Assembly (NCBI GenBank): GCA_030167865.1
Contig: JALAGF010000009.1
Coordinates: 1 to 62,200, forward strand
Origin: Craspedostauros australis
Lineage: Eukaryota
Direction: 5' to 3'
Length of the DNA: 62,200 bases
Part shown: piece after piece, positions 36,196-46,994 of the stretch
Layout: each line of letters starts with the position of its first letter
Position numbering within the stretch: position 1 is the stretch's first letter
Notes under the pieces: generated by a model
What the model saw: only the letters and a program-made list of their open reading frames with translations
Told to the model about the DNA's origin: nothing
Database searches by the model: none
Program-made: the position numbers and the translations under genes

Positions 36196-39100
36196 ATGTT
36201 CCCCCAGCTTCGTGAGCATGGAAGCGAATTGAAGATGCTCGAGTTGCTGGAATACACACGAATGCACACAAATGAATGGAAGGGAGTCTTGCGACCCACA
36301 CACAAAGGGAAGAGCAAGGGCGAAGCGGTAGTCATCCGTTCCCATCTCCCTTCAGGTGTGAAGGGAAACGTCTCCTGTGTCAACAAACGAGAGAGACAAG
36401 GATCGTGGAAACGCAGCGACACGACTCTCCGATCCTTCACTGTTGGTGAAGAGATCCTCAGACTTGAAGACGCAGTTGACAAGGCGAGGGAGGCCATGGA
36501 GGACGTCCATTCCGCTTCTTTGTCAGAGGACGCTGCGGCTCCTTCTCGAAGCGTTGCCGAAGACATGAACGAAGCTGATCCAATGAATAGCAGCGGCGGC
36601 ATCAAGCAAGATGCTGCCATTGTCGATAGCATAGATTCTCCAAGCGATTCACCCGCGTTGATCGACAAACGGCAGGCGCACAACGTTGGACAATCGGAAG
36701 TTCCTGATTCTGGAACCGACCTGGTGACCATGGTGCCAGCGCAGACAGTCGCGTCGACACGACCAACACAGTCAAAAGAGATCGCAAGCAACGATTCCAA
36801 CGGTGCATCGCACTTTGGCGGTGGCGATGCTGGCGGTGGACAAGAAGTGAGCACGGGAGACGCAGCAGACCTCCGCAATGGTGGACCCACCAGAAGCAGC
36901 ACCAGCAGCAGCCGCAGTTCTCGACGATTCAAGAATCCCATGCAGGCTGCAATGTTCGGGAACCGGCTGCGCGGCAAGGTCTCCGACGCGGCAAAGAGGA
37001 CACAGGAACGGGGAAGAATGCTGCGCTCCAACGTCCTCCAAGCGGCTCGGCAGACCGGCGGCCGCGTTCGAGAGACTGTGGAGAAGACAAAGACGTCACT
37101 TCGGGAGCGCATTGGAAGTGGTGATCAAATCGACGTGAATCATCGTGACGGCGTCAACATGCATGTGGATGTGGATGCAAATGTAGATGTGGATGACTCG
37201 AATGGCACAGGTGCAAGTTCAGATGCAGGTGGGGAATCGCATCGCTTGGATATATCCCAAAGCAATGGCCCTCCCTTTGACGATGCCGCAGCCGTTGAGG
37301 ATGGTCCAGAAGGCGCCAATCCCACAACAGTGAAGCATGCGATGCCGGAGGAGCAGCGTGAGGACAGCGCGAATGCGGATATATCTGCCAATGTAGATAC
37401 CAAAGGTCTCGTGGATGTCCATGCCAATGTCGATGCCAATGGCAATAGCGACTCGGAGATTGAATCCGGAATGGCAGCCCAAGAGACCGAATTGGAACTG
37501 CGCGAAGGTCAAAACGAGATGGTTGACTCGTCACGGCGATCACAGGAAGCAGCAGCCACGACAGATGCAGAGAGTGGCATGAACGATGAAGCACTTCCGG
37601 CTTTGCCACCCACTCCTGGCGACACCATCGCTGAAGAACCTATCCCCGCAAATCGAGGGGTTGCGGACATCGAAACAGAAGAAATCCCAGGCGCCACCAT
37701 CCAAGCGTCACTCCCCGACAATCTCCGCACCAAGAGCGATGTCTCAAAGGCCAAGGAGCCTCCTGCACCCGTTCGGCGACCCACCACCACCAGAAATGCT
37801 AAAAGTGGCACCGCCAACACCAAGAAGGCGGCAAAGGGCATGATGGCAGCCGCCCGTGCACTCCGAGCGTCCACCTCGGACGTGGGAAAAACGATGGTCC
37901 GGAAGATGGCAAAGAGGAGGACAGCGTCATCAGATGCATTGGACGACGTGACTGAAGGAGCACAAGACGAAAGGTCTAAAATCAAGCTCAACCGCACCAG
38001 CAGCACATCACAGCGACCATCGGCGCTAGATGCGAATGCTCCAGTTTGTGATTCGCTGCTTCCAGCGACACAAATGGCGACAAGCAGCAACGAACGGAAC
38101 GATGTCAGCGCAGATCTTGACAAGTTGATACTCGAGGCTCCACAGCAGGATGCAACTCGAATCGATCCATCGACAACAACAATTCACAACGACAACGTTG
38201 TTCAGCGGAAGGTATCCGCGGCGGACACGGGGTGTGAAGGCAAGAGCACCGAAATGGTTGGTGGAAATGTCGATAGCAAGACGTTTGGGGTCAACGAGAA
38301 ACAGATGAAAGAAGCAAAGAAGGCAATGGTGGCCGTCTCTTCAGTCGCCAAGGCCATCACGGCGAAATCCAAGCACGTGGGGAAGACCATCGCACGAAGG
38401 ATGAACTCGAAGAGAATGCAATCATCATCTGACGTCGACGATGGCATCCTGGACAGGACCACTGCAAAAGAGGTTGGGAACCTAGCACCTCCATCTCCAT
38501 CTGCATCGTCACCTCTATCTCCGTCCATATCACCCGTGTGCACACAAACCCAAACCCGAACGAAGGACAAAGTCACTGCCAGGGACGCCACAGAGGCGGT
38601 GCCACAAGCATCCCCTTCCGCTTTCACTTCTACTTCCACGCGAACTTCACCCGTGCTGGCTTCGAGAACACACCAGACCAAGTCGGAGAACAGTCTCAGA
38701 AGCATCAGCTCGACATTGCTGGTGCCCACTGACGACATGTCATCCAGACGAATTGCAAGCATCCAAAGTGTTGACACGCATGGCAATCGTAGTCGGAAGC
38801 AGCTGGATGTGACCATCATCTTCATCATCCATTGCTGCTTGTATTCCCTCGATCAGATGATCGTCCATCGTCACGAGATCTTCCACTCCGCCTTTCCATG
38901 GCCCGCCGTCGTGGGCATGCTCCTTGCTGCGTTTGCAATCGGCACGACGGTGGATACTACGACCATCACGGTATGGTTCGATCGCAATGTCCTTGGCATT
39001 GCAGCAGATCCATTCATGCGAGGCAGGCAACTATCTCAAGCGCGGGGTACAGCTGATATCGATGACATAGATGCAACGGCCATCAACCGCCAAGCCATGG

Positions 39101-40371
39101 GTATGCAGCAGAACGGCAATCGCTTCCGACGATTTGCATCCCGCGTGAGACGCGCTCATCAGAGACGGCAAAGATCGTCCCAGCCCATCGATTCAGGCGC
39201 ACCCCGGAGTCCGTCCACGAATCAGTCGGACAGCCCTGCACGGATGGCGCGGAATGCTGGTATCGTCGCCAGGTTGCCTCCTGGCATCCAGATGAGCTTG
39301 CGAAGGTTCAATTCGGGAAGAGCGAAGGCACCACAGAATGGCGACAGACCCAGAACAGATATGGACCATCCCCAAGACGATGATGGCGACTTGATCTCGA
39401 TCGATGCCGACATCTCGTTGGGATCGTACGGCGTGGAGGAGGCCAAGGCCAACCAGCTCTGCCATCAGGAGGATTTGACCCCCTTCTTCGAGTTGCGTGG
39501 AATGGACGTCTTCCTCTCCGACGACGCTGAGGAGGAGGCCGGCACTCATCCCTTCCTGATCCAAAACGGACTGCGCAGTGTACCCACGTTCATCTTCAAC
39601 GTGATGACGCAGTGGGGCAACATCCTCCTGTACTTCAAGATGCCCGACTGGGTGAAGGATTTTGATGAGAGCCTGGTGGAGGCCTCGACAGACGACGACA
39701 GAACAAGGGCCTTGAAGCGCTTCCTCAAGGGAGACGACGAGTATCGCCGAGAACGACTGAAGATCGTACCTCACCTCGTTGCGGCCCCGCTGCCCATCCG
39801 GATGATGGCCCCGAAGGATTCCGTGTTCAAGATGCATCACCACGACCTGGTGACCACCATCTACAACCAACACGGTGCCGACGCCACGACGAACTCATGC
39901 TGCACCGTCGAAGTCACGGTCGACCTGATGAGCAACCACGCCATCCGTGGCATGGCGGGCATAATGAAACGATACATCAAGAACATCGCGCTGGACTTGG
40001 CCATCGTGATCCGCCAGCCCAACAAGACTGCGGACCAAACACCGACGACGGTCGAGACGGAAGGTGGGGGAGTTGGAATTAACGTTGGCGCTAACAGTGG
40101 CGCTGACGTTGCCGTCGGTGCTGGTGCTTGCACAGGCACAGAAGCAGAACCATCCGAGGCCAAATTTGCTGACGCGGCCCATGTCAGCGGTGCTGCAACT
40201 CCAAGGGAACCCGAGGCTGTGCTCGGCCTCTTCTGTTTGAAGAATCTGGACGTCTCATTGTGCGAGCAGAAGCCGGAGCGGTACGAAGGCGTCGATCCAG
40301 CTTCCATCGAACAAACGGAGGCGTTGCTGTTGCAGAAGTACGCCGAGATGGCCAGGGCATCGCCTCAGTAG
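36196..40371 (+). CDS. Membrane-anchored DUF1336 (EDR2 C-terminal-like) domain protein with a long disordered N-terminus; start uncertain
   Basis: C-terminal FELRGMDVF, PTFIFNV, LKRFLKGDDEYRRERLKIVP, VEVTVDL, IALDLAIVI and EPEAVLG. Two hydrophobic segments at approx. 38810-38945. Confidence 0.7.
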   Translation: MFPQLREHGSELKMLELLEYTRMHTNEWKGVLRPTHKGKSKGEAVVIRSHLPSGVKGNVSCVNKRERQGSWKRSDTTLRSFTVGEEILRLEDAVDKAREAMEDVHSASLSEDAAAPSRSVAEDMNEADPMNSSGGIKQDAAIVDSIDSPSDSPALIDKRQAHNVGQSEVPDSGTDLVTMVPAQTVASTRPTQSKEIASNDSNGASHFGGGDAGGGQEVSTGDAADLRNGGPTRSSTSSSRSSRRFKNPMQAAMFGNRLRGKVSDAAKRTQERGRMLRSNVLQAARQTGGRVRETVEKTKTSLRERIGSGDQIDVNHRDGVNMHVDVDANVDVDDSNGTGASSDAGGESHRLDISQSNGPPFDDAAAVEDGPEGANPTTVKHAMPEEQREDSANADISANVDTKGLVDVHANVDANGNSDSEIESGMAAQETELELREGQNEMVDSSRRSQEAAATTDAESGMNDEALPALPPTPGDTIAEEPIPANRGVADIETEEIPGATIQASLPDNLRTKSDVSKAKEPPAPVRRPTTTRNAKSGTANTKKAAKGMMAAARALRASTSDVGKTMVRKMAKRRTASSDALDDVTEGAQDERSKIKLNRTSSTSQRPSALDANAPVCDSLLPATQMATSSNERNDVSADLDKLILEAPQQDATRIDPSTTTIHNDNVVQRKVSAADTGCEGKSTEMVGGNVDSKTFGVNEKQMKEAKKAMVAVSSVAKAITAKSKHVGKTIARRMNSKRMQSSSDVDDGILDRTTAKEVGNLAPPSPSASSPLSPSISPVCTQTQTRTKDKVTARDATEAVPQASPSAFTSTSTRTSPVLASRTHQTKSENSLRSISSTLLVPTDDMSSRRIASIQSVDTHGNRSRKQLDVTIIFIIHCCLYSLDQMIVHRHEIFHSAFPWPAVVGMLLAAFAIGTTVDTTTITVWFDRNVLGIAADPFMRGRQLSQARGTADIDDIDATAINRQAMGMQQNGNRFRRFASRVRRAHQRRQRSSQPIDSGAPRSPSTNQSDSPARMARNAGIVARLPPGIQMSLRRFNSGRAKAPQNGDRPRTDMDHPQDDDGDLISIDADISLGSYGVEEAKANQLCHQEDLTPFFELRGMDVFLSDDAEEEAGTHPFLIQNGLRSVPTFIFNVMTQWGNILLYFKMPDWVKDFDESLVEASTDDDRTRALKRFLKGDDEYRRERLKIVPHLVAAPLPIRMMAPKDSVFKMHHHDLVTTIYNQHGADATTNSCCTVEVTVDLMSNHAIRGMAGIMKRYIKNIALDLAIVIRQPNKTADQTPTTVETEGGGVGINVGANSGADVAVGAGACTGTEAEPSEAKFADAAHVSGAATPREPEAVLGLFCLKNLDVSLCEQKPERYEGVDPASIEQTEALLLQKYAEMARASPQ

Positions 40372-40817
40372 GTAGCGTGCGTACAAGTATGCACGAGTAT
40401 GCACGTATGTGAAGTAACACAGTATCCTCTCTCTCTCCAAGACAGAGTCGACTTGTATGTATTTTATCTTGATTTTCACACGATTGGTTGTTGGACGTAC
40501 ATGTTGGATGCTGTGTTGCTTCCATTTCACCACCTCGGATTCATTCAGGAAATTTTACGAAACTGCATGAGATGCTTCAGATTCGGCTCTCTCGGATGTA
40601 CCGATCCGATGTGAAGCATTTGCTATTGTGGCGTGTTGCAATAATGGTCAATACTATTGTGTTAGGTAATGTTAAGATGTCTTCTTTGATTCTCTCTCTC
40701 GTTACATCCTCGTACAAACAGGCGCGCACGGGAATTACGTATGTGTTTGTGCGCTATCTCTTTCTTTTGGTCATGCCGCGTCTTAAGCGGCGTGACGTGT
40801 CTGCTGCTGGTGGGCGC

Positions 40818-42089
40818 TTAGGCCAAGGCACCTCCCTGGTTGGAAAGTCCGGCGCTTCCTCCCTTGGTGAGCTTGGTGTGGAGGGAGGCGGCGTAGATGG
40901 CGAGGGCGAGGGTTCCGAAGGTGAAGAAAGTGAGGGCGAACTTCTGTCCTCCGGTGGTGGCGGATCCTCCTCCGACGGAGTAGCTGGTGCCCTTGATGGA
41001 GATGTCACCGCTCTCGTCGTATGCGCCTCCTCGGATGGATGTGATGTAGTCGCACACGCGGTCCTCGGTGTCGGCCTGGTTGGCGTAGGCGTCGTAGTCA
41101 TCGATTCCTCCGCTGAATCCTCCGACGGTTTCGCACTTGGCGGACATCTCGTACAGCTGCTGGCACATGTCGACGGTCTCGGCCTCCTTCTCTTCCTCGT
41201 CACCGTTGTTGTTGTTGTTGTTGTCGTCGGCGTTCTCATCTTCCTCTTCGACGACCAGGCAGGACACACAACTGTCCTCGGAGTAGGTGGTCTTGAGCAG
41301 GGCGTGGGAGAGCTTCATTGGGTAGCCGTCGCCGTCCATGAGGTAGTCCTCGACGTCCTTGCTGGAGTCCTGGTTGTAGCAGTTCTCATCGTCGAAGACA
41401 CCGATCTTGATCTTGGTTCCCTGCGAGGAGCAGACTGGTCCAGCCCAGAGGCCGCCGGCATCATCATCCTCGGGATCGTAGATGGCGACGCACTCGAGGA
41501 ACTCGGTGGCATCAAGGTATCCGTTGGCCTCCATGTTCTCGATCTTCTGGCACTCGTCGTAGCACGAGTCGCAGTCGACGTTCTGGAGCTTGCGGCCGTT
41601 GTTGTTGCCGTCGTCGGCCTCGTCCTCGTCGTTCTGGCATTCGTCGCAGGCTTGGCACATCTCCTCCTGGAGCTCTGTCTGGTACTCGACGGTGGCCTCG
41701 AGGTACTCCTCAAGCTCGATCATGTACTCGCCGTATCCGTAGTTGCAGTTGCTGCAGGAGTTGCTGGGGCAGAGGCGGAAGATGACGAAGCGCTTGGTGG
41801 CGAGGACGGTCTCGGAGTCCTCATCCTCGGCGAGCTCCTCGTCGAAGGTGCGCACGAACTGGCATTGCTCGAACTTGACGGCATATCCGGAGATGTCGAC
41901 CTCGACCTCCTCGTCCTGGCCGTTCTGGTCGAGGGCACGGAGCTGGGAGTTGGCGGTTGGGCGGGCACCGCTGACGAGGGTGTTGACGTAGTTGGACTCG
42001 GCCTTGTTGGTTGCCTTGGGGGCGAATGGGTTGGCCGAGACGGCGACGACGGTGGTGAGGAGGGTGGTGAATGCGGTGGCGAACTTCAT
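40818..42089 (-). CDS. SIN1: Silicanin-1-like silica deposition vesicle membrane protein (423 aa)
   Basis: Signal peptide, RXL motifs (RAL, RKL), acidic N-rich luminal domain with many Cys (VKFEQCQFVR, FVIFRLCP, YGEYMIELEEYL), one TM and a short tail LHTKLTKGG...QGGALA. Confidence 0.85.
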   Translation of the reverse strand: MKFATAFTTLLTTVVAVSANPFAPKATNKAESNYVNTLVSGARPTANSQLRALDQNGQDEEVEVDISGYAVKFEQCQFVRTFDEELAEDEDSETVLATKRFVIFRLCPSNSCSNCNYGYGEYMIELEEYLEATVEYQTELQEEMCQACDECQNDEDEADDGNNNGRKLQNVDCDSCYDECQKIENMEANGYLDATEFLECVAIYDPEDDDAGGLWAGPVCSSQGTKIKIGVFDDENCYNQDSSKDVEDYLMDGDGYPMKLSHALLKTTYSEDSCVSCLVVEEEDENADDNNNNNNGDEEEKEAETVDMCQQLYEMSAKCETVGGFSGGIDDYDAYANQADTEDRVCDYITSIRGGAYDESGDISIKGTSYSVGGGSATTGGQKFALTFFTFGTLALAIYAASLHTKLTKGGSAGLSNQGGALA

Positions 42090-43480
42090 CTTGGATTGTC
42101 TTTGGTTGCTGTTTGGCTTTTGTGGAGGCTCGAAGCTAATTTGTGTGATGATGGAGTGAGGGTTTGATTCGTGAGGAAGTTCGCGATCGAACGGAAAGGT
42201 GTGTGGAGCGTGGTGTCACCTCGGTTTGTTGCTTTCACGGATGCGATGGAAGGAAGGAAGGAAGGAAGGATACTGTGCAGTGCTGCACGGTGAGACCAGA
42301 GGAGAGCAGGGGACGTTGTGTTTGAGCGGATGGGCTGTATTCGCACTCCAAGAGGAGAAGAAACGAGTGATGTTGACCGCAACGCCGGAGAATAGCGATT
42401 GGTATTAGCACACCTTGTCCGAGCGGGAGCGCTTACACATGCTCGTCTATCCGCAAGCACAGAGTCGTACGCATACCACGCACAATAGACGAGATATCAC
42501 ATCGAGCTGCGCGCAGCCACGCAGTCCAGCATTCGTTGAGGCGTTGGGCAATTTGGCAGTGGTGATGTTGTTGCTTCCTCAAACCAAAGTTGTGTGGTGA
42601 GAATCGTCTTGTTGATCGCGAATTTCGCTAATGGCCAAATTAACATATTCAATTGTGAATATGTAATATGTAGCCGGAAATGACAATCTACATAGGAGGA
42701 TTGGCGAAATCACATACAACACCTTCCGAGGAGCTTCCACCCCCTAAATATGCATGTTTCCAAGTATCTTGAGCGTGAAGACCAGCGGAATGATGATTTA
42801 AATAACTTGTGTTGAGTATCATGCTGGGGATACCCCTGAATGAGCGACATGAAGGGGTGGCAGGATCCCTTTTGCGATCGTCTGCAATGATAGCAACATC
42901 CAGCTCTGAATGAATCTAATGCTGCAACGTTCCTCACGTGCAGATGCGTTGAATTTAGAGATGTGTCGCTCAATACAACCGTACTTAACGTCTCAACGCC
43001 AATGTCATCGTCAACGGCTCTATTCCATGGTCGCCAAGAGAATTGGAAACGCCCATCGCCACACAAATCCCAGCTTTCGTTCGCGACGTTTGGTGAGTAA
43101 AGAACGAGATTTGGTGTTGTTATCGCCAAGGACGGTATGGTTGTTCCGTTGAGTATGTGCGCACCGAACAACTTGTGGTGCCCAATGTATGTGTGTGTCA
43201 CGAGTATGTGTTCTGCACCCTGTACTTGCAGATACATGCAAGGCAAAATTTGCTTCGTTGTCTGTTGCTTCACGACACCAAACCACACCAGTGTGCTACT
43301 CGTCCTGTTGTGAGCGTTCGCTGATCATCATCAGCAGCATCATCATTACAACACCATCGTCGTCGTCGACATTCCCTCGCTCATCATCATCATCATCATC
43401 TCACATCCTCTCAATCACAAAAACGATCTTCTACCTCACACAAAACCGAAGAACACAAAGACCAAACCAGAACAGCAAAG

Positions 43481-44692
43481 ATGAAGTTCCTCCTTTCCGT
43501 CCTCTCCATGGCCATCACGGCCACCGCCGCTGCCACCGCCCCAATGAAGCCAGTCAAGATCGACTCCCTCAAGGCCGAATCCAAGATCGGACAGTCCCTC
43601 ATGAGCAAGGCCCGTCGTCTCGAGAACGCCGACGACCAGGAGGTCGACTTCACCTGGGTCGCTGACTTCTCCATCAAGTTCCAGGGCTGCTTCCACATCA
43701 ACCAGTGGAACGAGGAGGCCGACGGCGAGGAGGATGTTCGCATCCAGAGCAAGCGCCTCGTCCGCTTCCGCCTGTGCCCAACGGACACCTGCTCCATCGA
43801 GAACGCCGGAGGATGCAACTCCGGATACGGAGACTACATCGTCGACATGGACAGCTTCCTCGAGTCCTACTTCGAGGGCATGGAGGAGTACAACGAGCAG
43901 CTGTGCGAGTACACCGCCAACTACAAGTGCGACTGCGAGGACGATGATGGCAAGGGCGATGACTTCGACCGCGACATCTGCGAGTACGACTGCTTCGTCG
44001 CCAACGGCATCGAGGACGTCTGCGCCGAGAACAACCCATACGAGGACGACGAACAGCAGCAGCAGGAGCAGTTCGAGGTGCGCGAGTACATCGAGTGCAA
44101 GGAGGCCGAGTTCCAAGAAGATGACAACAACAACAACAACCGTAAGCTCGACGAGGAAGAGGAGGTCCAGTACTTCGTCGGACCATACTGCGCAGAGAAC
44201 GGAGGTGCCATCTACCTTGGTATGTTCACCGACGACGAGTGCACCGTCTTCGCCGATGGATACGGAGGAGCCAACGCCTACAGCCAGCTCGCCGGAGACA
44301 ACCTCCCATTCGCCAGCACCAGCCTCATCACCATGGACTGCTTCGACTGCATGGAGCCAGAGGACGTCAACGAGAACGACAACGGAAACGACAACCAGGA
44401 CGAGGACCTTGTCGTCGAGATGTGCGAACGCCTCTACCAGAGTGCCGGAAAGTGCGAGTCTCCACTCGCTGCCACTGGTGTCATCGACCAGGCCAACGAC
44501 AACGCATGCAACTACATCTCCGGAATCTCCACCAACCTCCAGAACGGATTCATCACCCAAGCAAAGGCCAACGCCAACAAGACCGCCTCCATCTTCATCG
44601 GCATCTTCGTCGTCGCCTTCGTCCTCCTCGCCGCCTACGTGTTCTTCCTCCGAACCAAGTTGGATCGTGCCAGCATCAACCTCTCGGAGTAA
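43481..44692 (+). CDS. Second, divergent silicanin-1-family protein (403 aa)
   Basis: Signal peptide, RRL and RKL motifs, SIKFQGC, VRFRLCP, YGDYIVDMDSFL, YFVGPYC, MCERLYQSAGKCE, ACNYI, C-terminal TM and short tail. Confidence 0.82.
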   Translation: MKFLLSVLSMAITATAAATAPMKPVKIDSLKAESKIGQSLMSKARRLENADDQEVDFTWVADFSIKFQGCFHINQWNEEADGEEDVRIQSKRLVRFRLCPTDTCSIENAGGCNSGYGDYIVDMDSFLESYFEGMEEYNEQLCEYTANYKCDCEDDDGKGDDFDRDICEYDCFVANGIEDVCAENNPYEDDEQQQQEQFEVREYIECKEAEFQEDDNNNNNRKLDEEEEVQYFVGPYCAENGGAIYLGMFTDDECTVFADGYGGANAYSQLAGDNLPFASTSLITMDCFDCMEPEDVNENDNGNDNQDEDLVVEMCERLYQSAGKCESPLAATGVIDQANDNACNYISGISTNLQNGFITQAKANANKTASIFIGIFVVAFVLLAAYVFFLRTKLDRASINLSE

Positions 44693-45630
44693 GCCTTTCG
44701 CCGTTGCCAGTCTCCTTGCGAATGGCATCCGCAGGCTTGGGCGACCAACTCAAGACTTCAGCTCATCATTGTTGGATGACGAACATTGCCAGTAGACCTA
44801 CCAGCAACAACAACCGCAAGTGCCTTGCAACAACACATGCAACCGCAAAACCAAGAGGACGGCGGACTTGCAGCTCGCCGCGACCCATGAAACAGACAGG
44901 AGTAGTAACGCCATGCAGCGCAAAACAGCAACAACTCACTGTCCTGTAACCAATTATTCTAAGTAAACGTACCGTAATCTCAAACCAAACAGCGATACTT
45001 GTGCTTCACGCGTTCTCGGTGCAAAACTGACTAACTTGACGATAGACTTTAGGTTCCCCTGCCGAAGGACGTATAACTGGCTGATTTCTTACAATCTACC
45101 GCAGCTTCCATCCACGAACGAAATTCTCGGATCCTTTTGGTTCATCTTTGTTGGTGTTTGGTTGGGGTTTGCGTGTTTGATGACCAAAGTGAGGGAATCG
45201 ATGCAGTTCTGAGCAGAACAAAGCGACACAAAGCAGAACACCACGCCATCTTCAACAGCTCTCTTCGTCGCCTCTCCACGCGCATTCGAAACATCGTTCT
45301 CGTCCTCCGCTCGTACACGGACGCAGAGAGGGAACCGTCTCAAGACGACGCTGTATCATCTTGTGCTCTGCAAGAGAAGGCGAGGCAACGCAGTCTGGCA
45401 CGAACACAGGAGTGCAGGAGTGCAGACACGGATACAAAGGCACACCCACAGGAGTACGAGTATACTTGCAGCGATCCTGCTCGTTCAAGTATTCTATCAC
45501 ATGGTATTATACAATAGCACACAATCCAATATAGAATAATATAATACCTTCCTATTATATAATATCTTGGAACATCATTCGCGACACTGCACGAACACAA
45601 CCAGGAAGACTGCGCAAAGAACGATCGACG

Positions 45631-46994
45631 ATGGCATCGCTCAATGTCGCAGGTTCCACGTTGCGGTACAAGCGCCTGCTGATGGTGATCAAGCAGACGG
45701 CGTTCGAGGAGTACTCGCAGCTGAAGCGTCGCGGACAGGCGCCCAAGGCCCTGCGCTGGAAACGGCTGGAGAATCGGTACCAATCCCACAAGAAGTGCGT
45801 CAACAGCCTCATCACCATCCTCAAGCGCAACGACGTCGATCTCACCTGCGTCAACCGCGTGGAGCTGGATCGGCAGCATCTGGAGGACGTCGATCTCATG
45901 CTGTCGGTCGGTGGCGACGGCACCGTGCTCAGCTCGGCTCATTTTTTGGACCACGGGACGATACCCTTGCTGGGGATCAATTCCGATCCCAACATCACGC
46001 TGGCGGACGTTCAGGTCAAGAAGAAGGTTGTGGATGAACGGAGGTACGTTATCATTGGGAGATTGCACGCTTGGATCCAGAAAGAGGGAGCGAGAGAGAC
46101 AGACAGAACTGCTGTCTGCTGTGTGCAACCTCAAATGTTCGCGGATCGCTTGCTGCTTGACTCACACCTCTGTTCTCGTACGTACGAACAATCAACGTTA
46201 TTGGCGCTGATGGCCATACTGCTGGTGCAAATGATGCAAACAACGCAATCGATGCAAACAATATGTTCATGATGACCAACGGTATGGCAAACGCGATGAA
46301 TCCACAAACTCATACTCGTATGTATAATAGATCCCACGGAGCCTTGTGCTACACGTCACCGATCAGCATGGCGGATGACCTACCAAGGATATTGCACGGC
46401 GATGCGGACGACGCGCTGGGGATGAGGAAGAGGATCAGGTGCAAGGTCAAGTCCACCTTTTCCGAGACCAGATTGGTGCCAGCGCTCAACGACCTCCTCA
46501 TCGCCAACCCCAGCCCCGCGGCCGTGTCTCGTTTCCGCCTCGGTTGGCTGGGAGAGGCAGATCAGCACGGCGCGCAGGTGCCCAAGAGCCATTACGGGAC
46601 GGTCACGCGCTTCGGTGGCACGGCCTATTCGGTGCAGCACAGCCTCAACGTCTGGTCCTCCGGGATGTGGGTCTGCACTTCCACCGGTTCCACAGCAGCC
46701 ATGGCCGCGGCCGGTGGCAAGGTCATGCAACTCGACGACCCCGACCTGCAGTACCTCATCCGCGAGCACATGATGGAGAACTCCAACGAGGACGTCGATT
46801 CCACCGTCGACAACCGCTTCTTCAACCAAGGCAAGATGCACCTGCGATGGAATTCGCACAAAGGCAGGATATTCATCGACGGCTCACATCTCAGCCACAA
46901 CATCGAGCTGGGGGATGAGATCATGATCGACAACGACGCGCCGCCGTTGCAGATATTCTTGCATGACAACAAGACGAGGCCCGCCGTCGCGTAG
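45631..46994 (+). CDS. NAD(H) kinase, NADK3-like; exons 45631-46043, 46331-46994
   Basis: SVGGDGT, LGINSDP, ERR/SHGALC across the intron, ALNDLLIANPSPAAVSRF and SSGMWVCTSTGSTAAMAAAGG. Confidence 0.85.

Noticed and set aside
40488-42167. 559-aa V/L/G-rich ORF antisense to silicanin (also 43436-44728 opposite the second gene)
   Set aside because: Shadow ORFs produced by the strong C-ending codon bias of the real genes. No independent motifs.
45137-45517. 126-aa ORF upstream of the NAD kinase
   Set aside because: Non-ATG start, no motifs, and no convincing splice into the kinase. Likely promoter or UTR.
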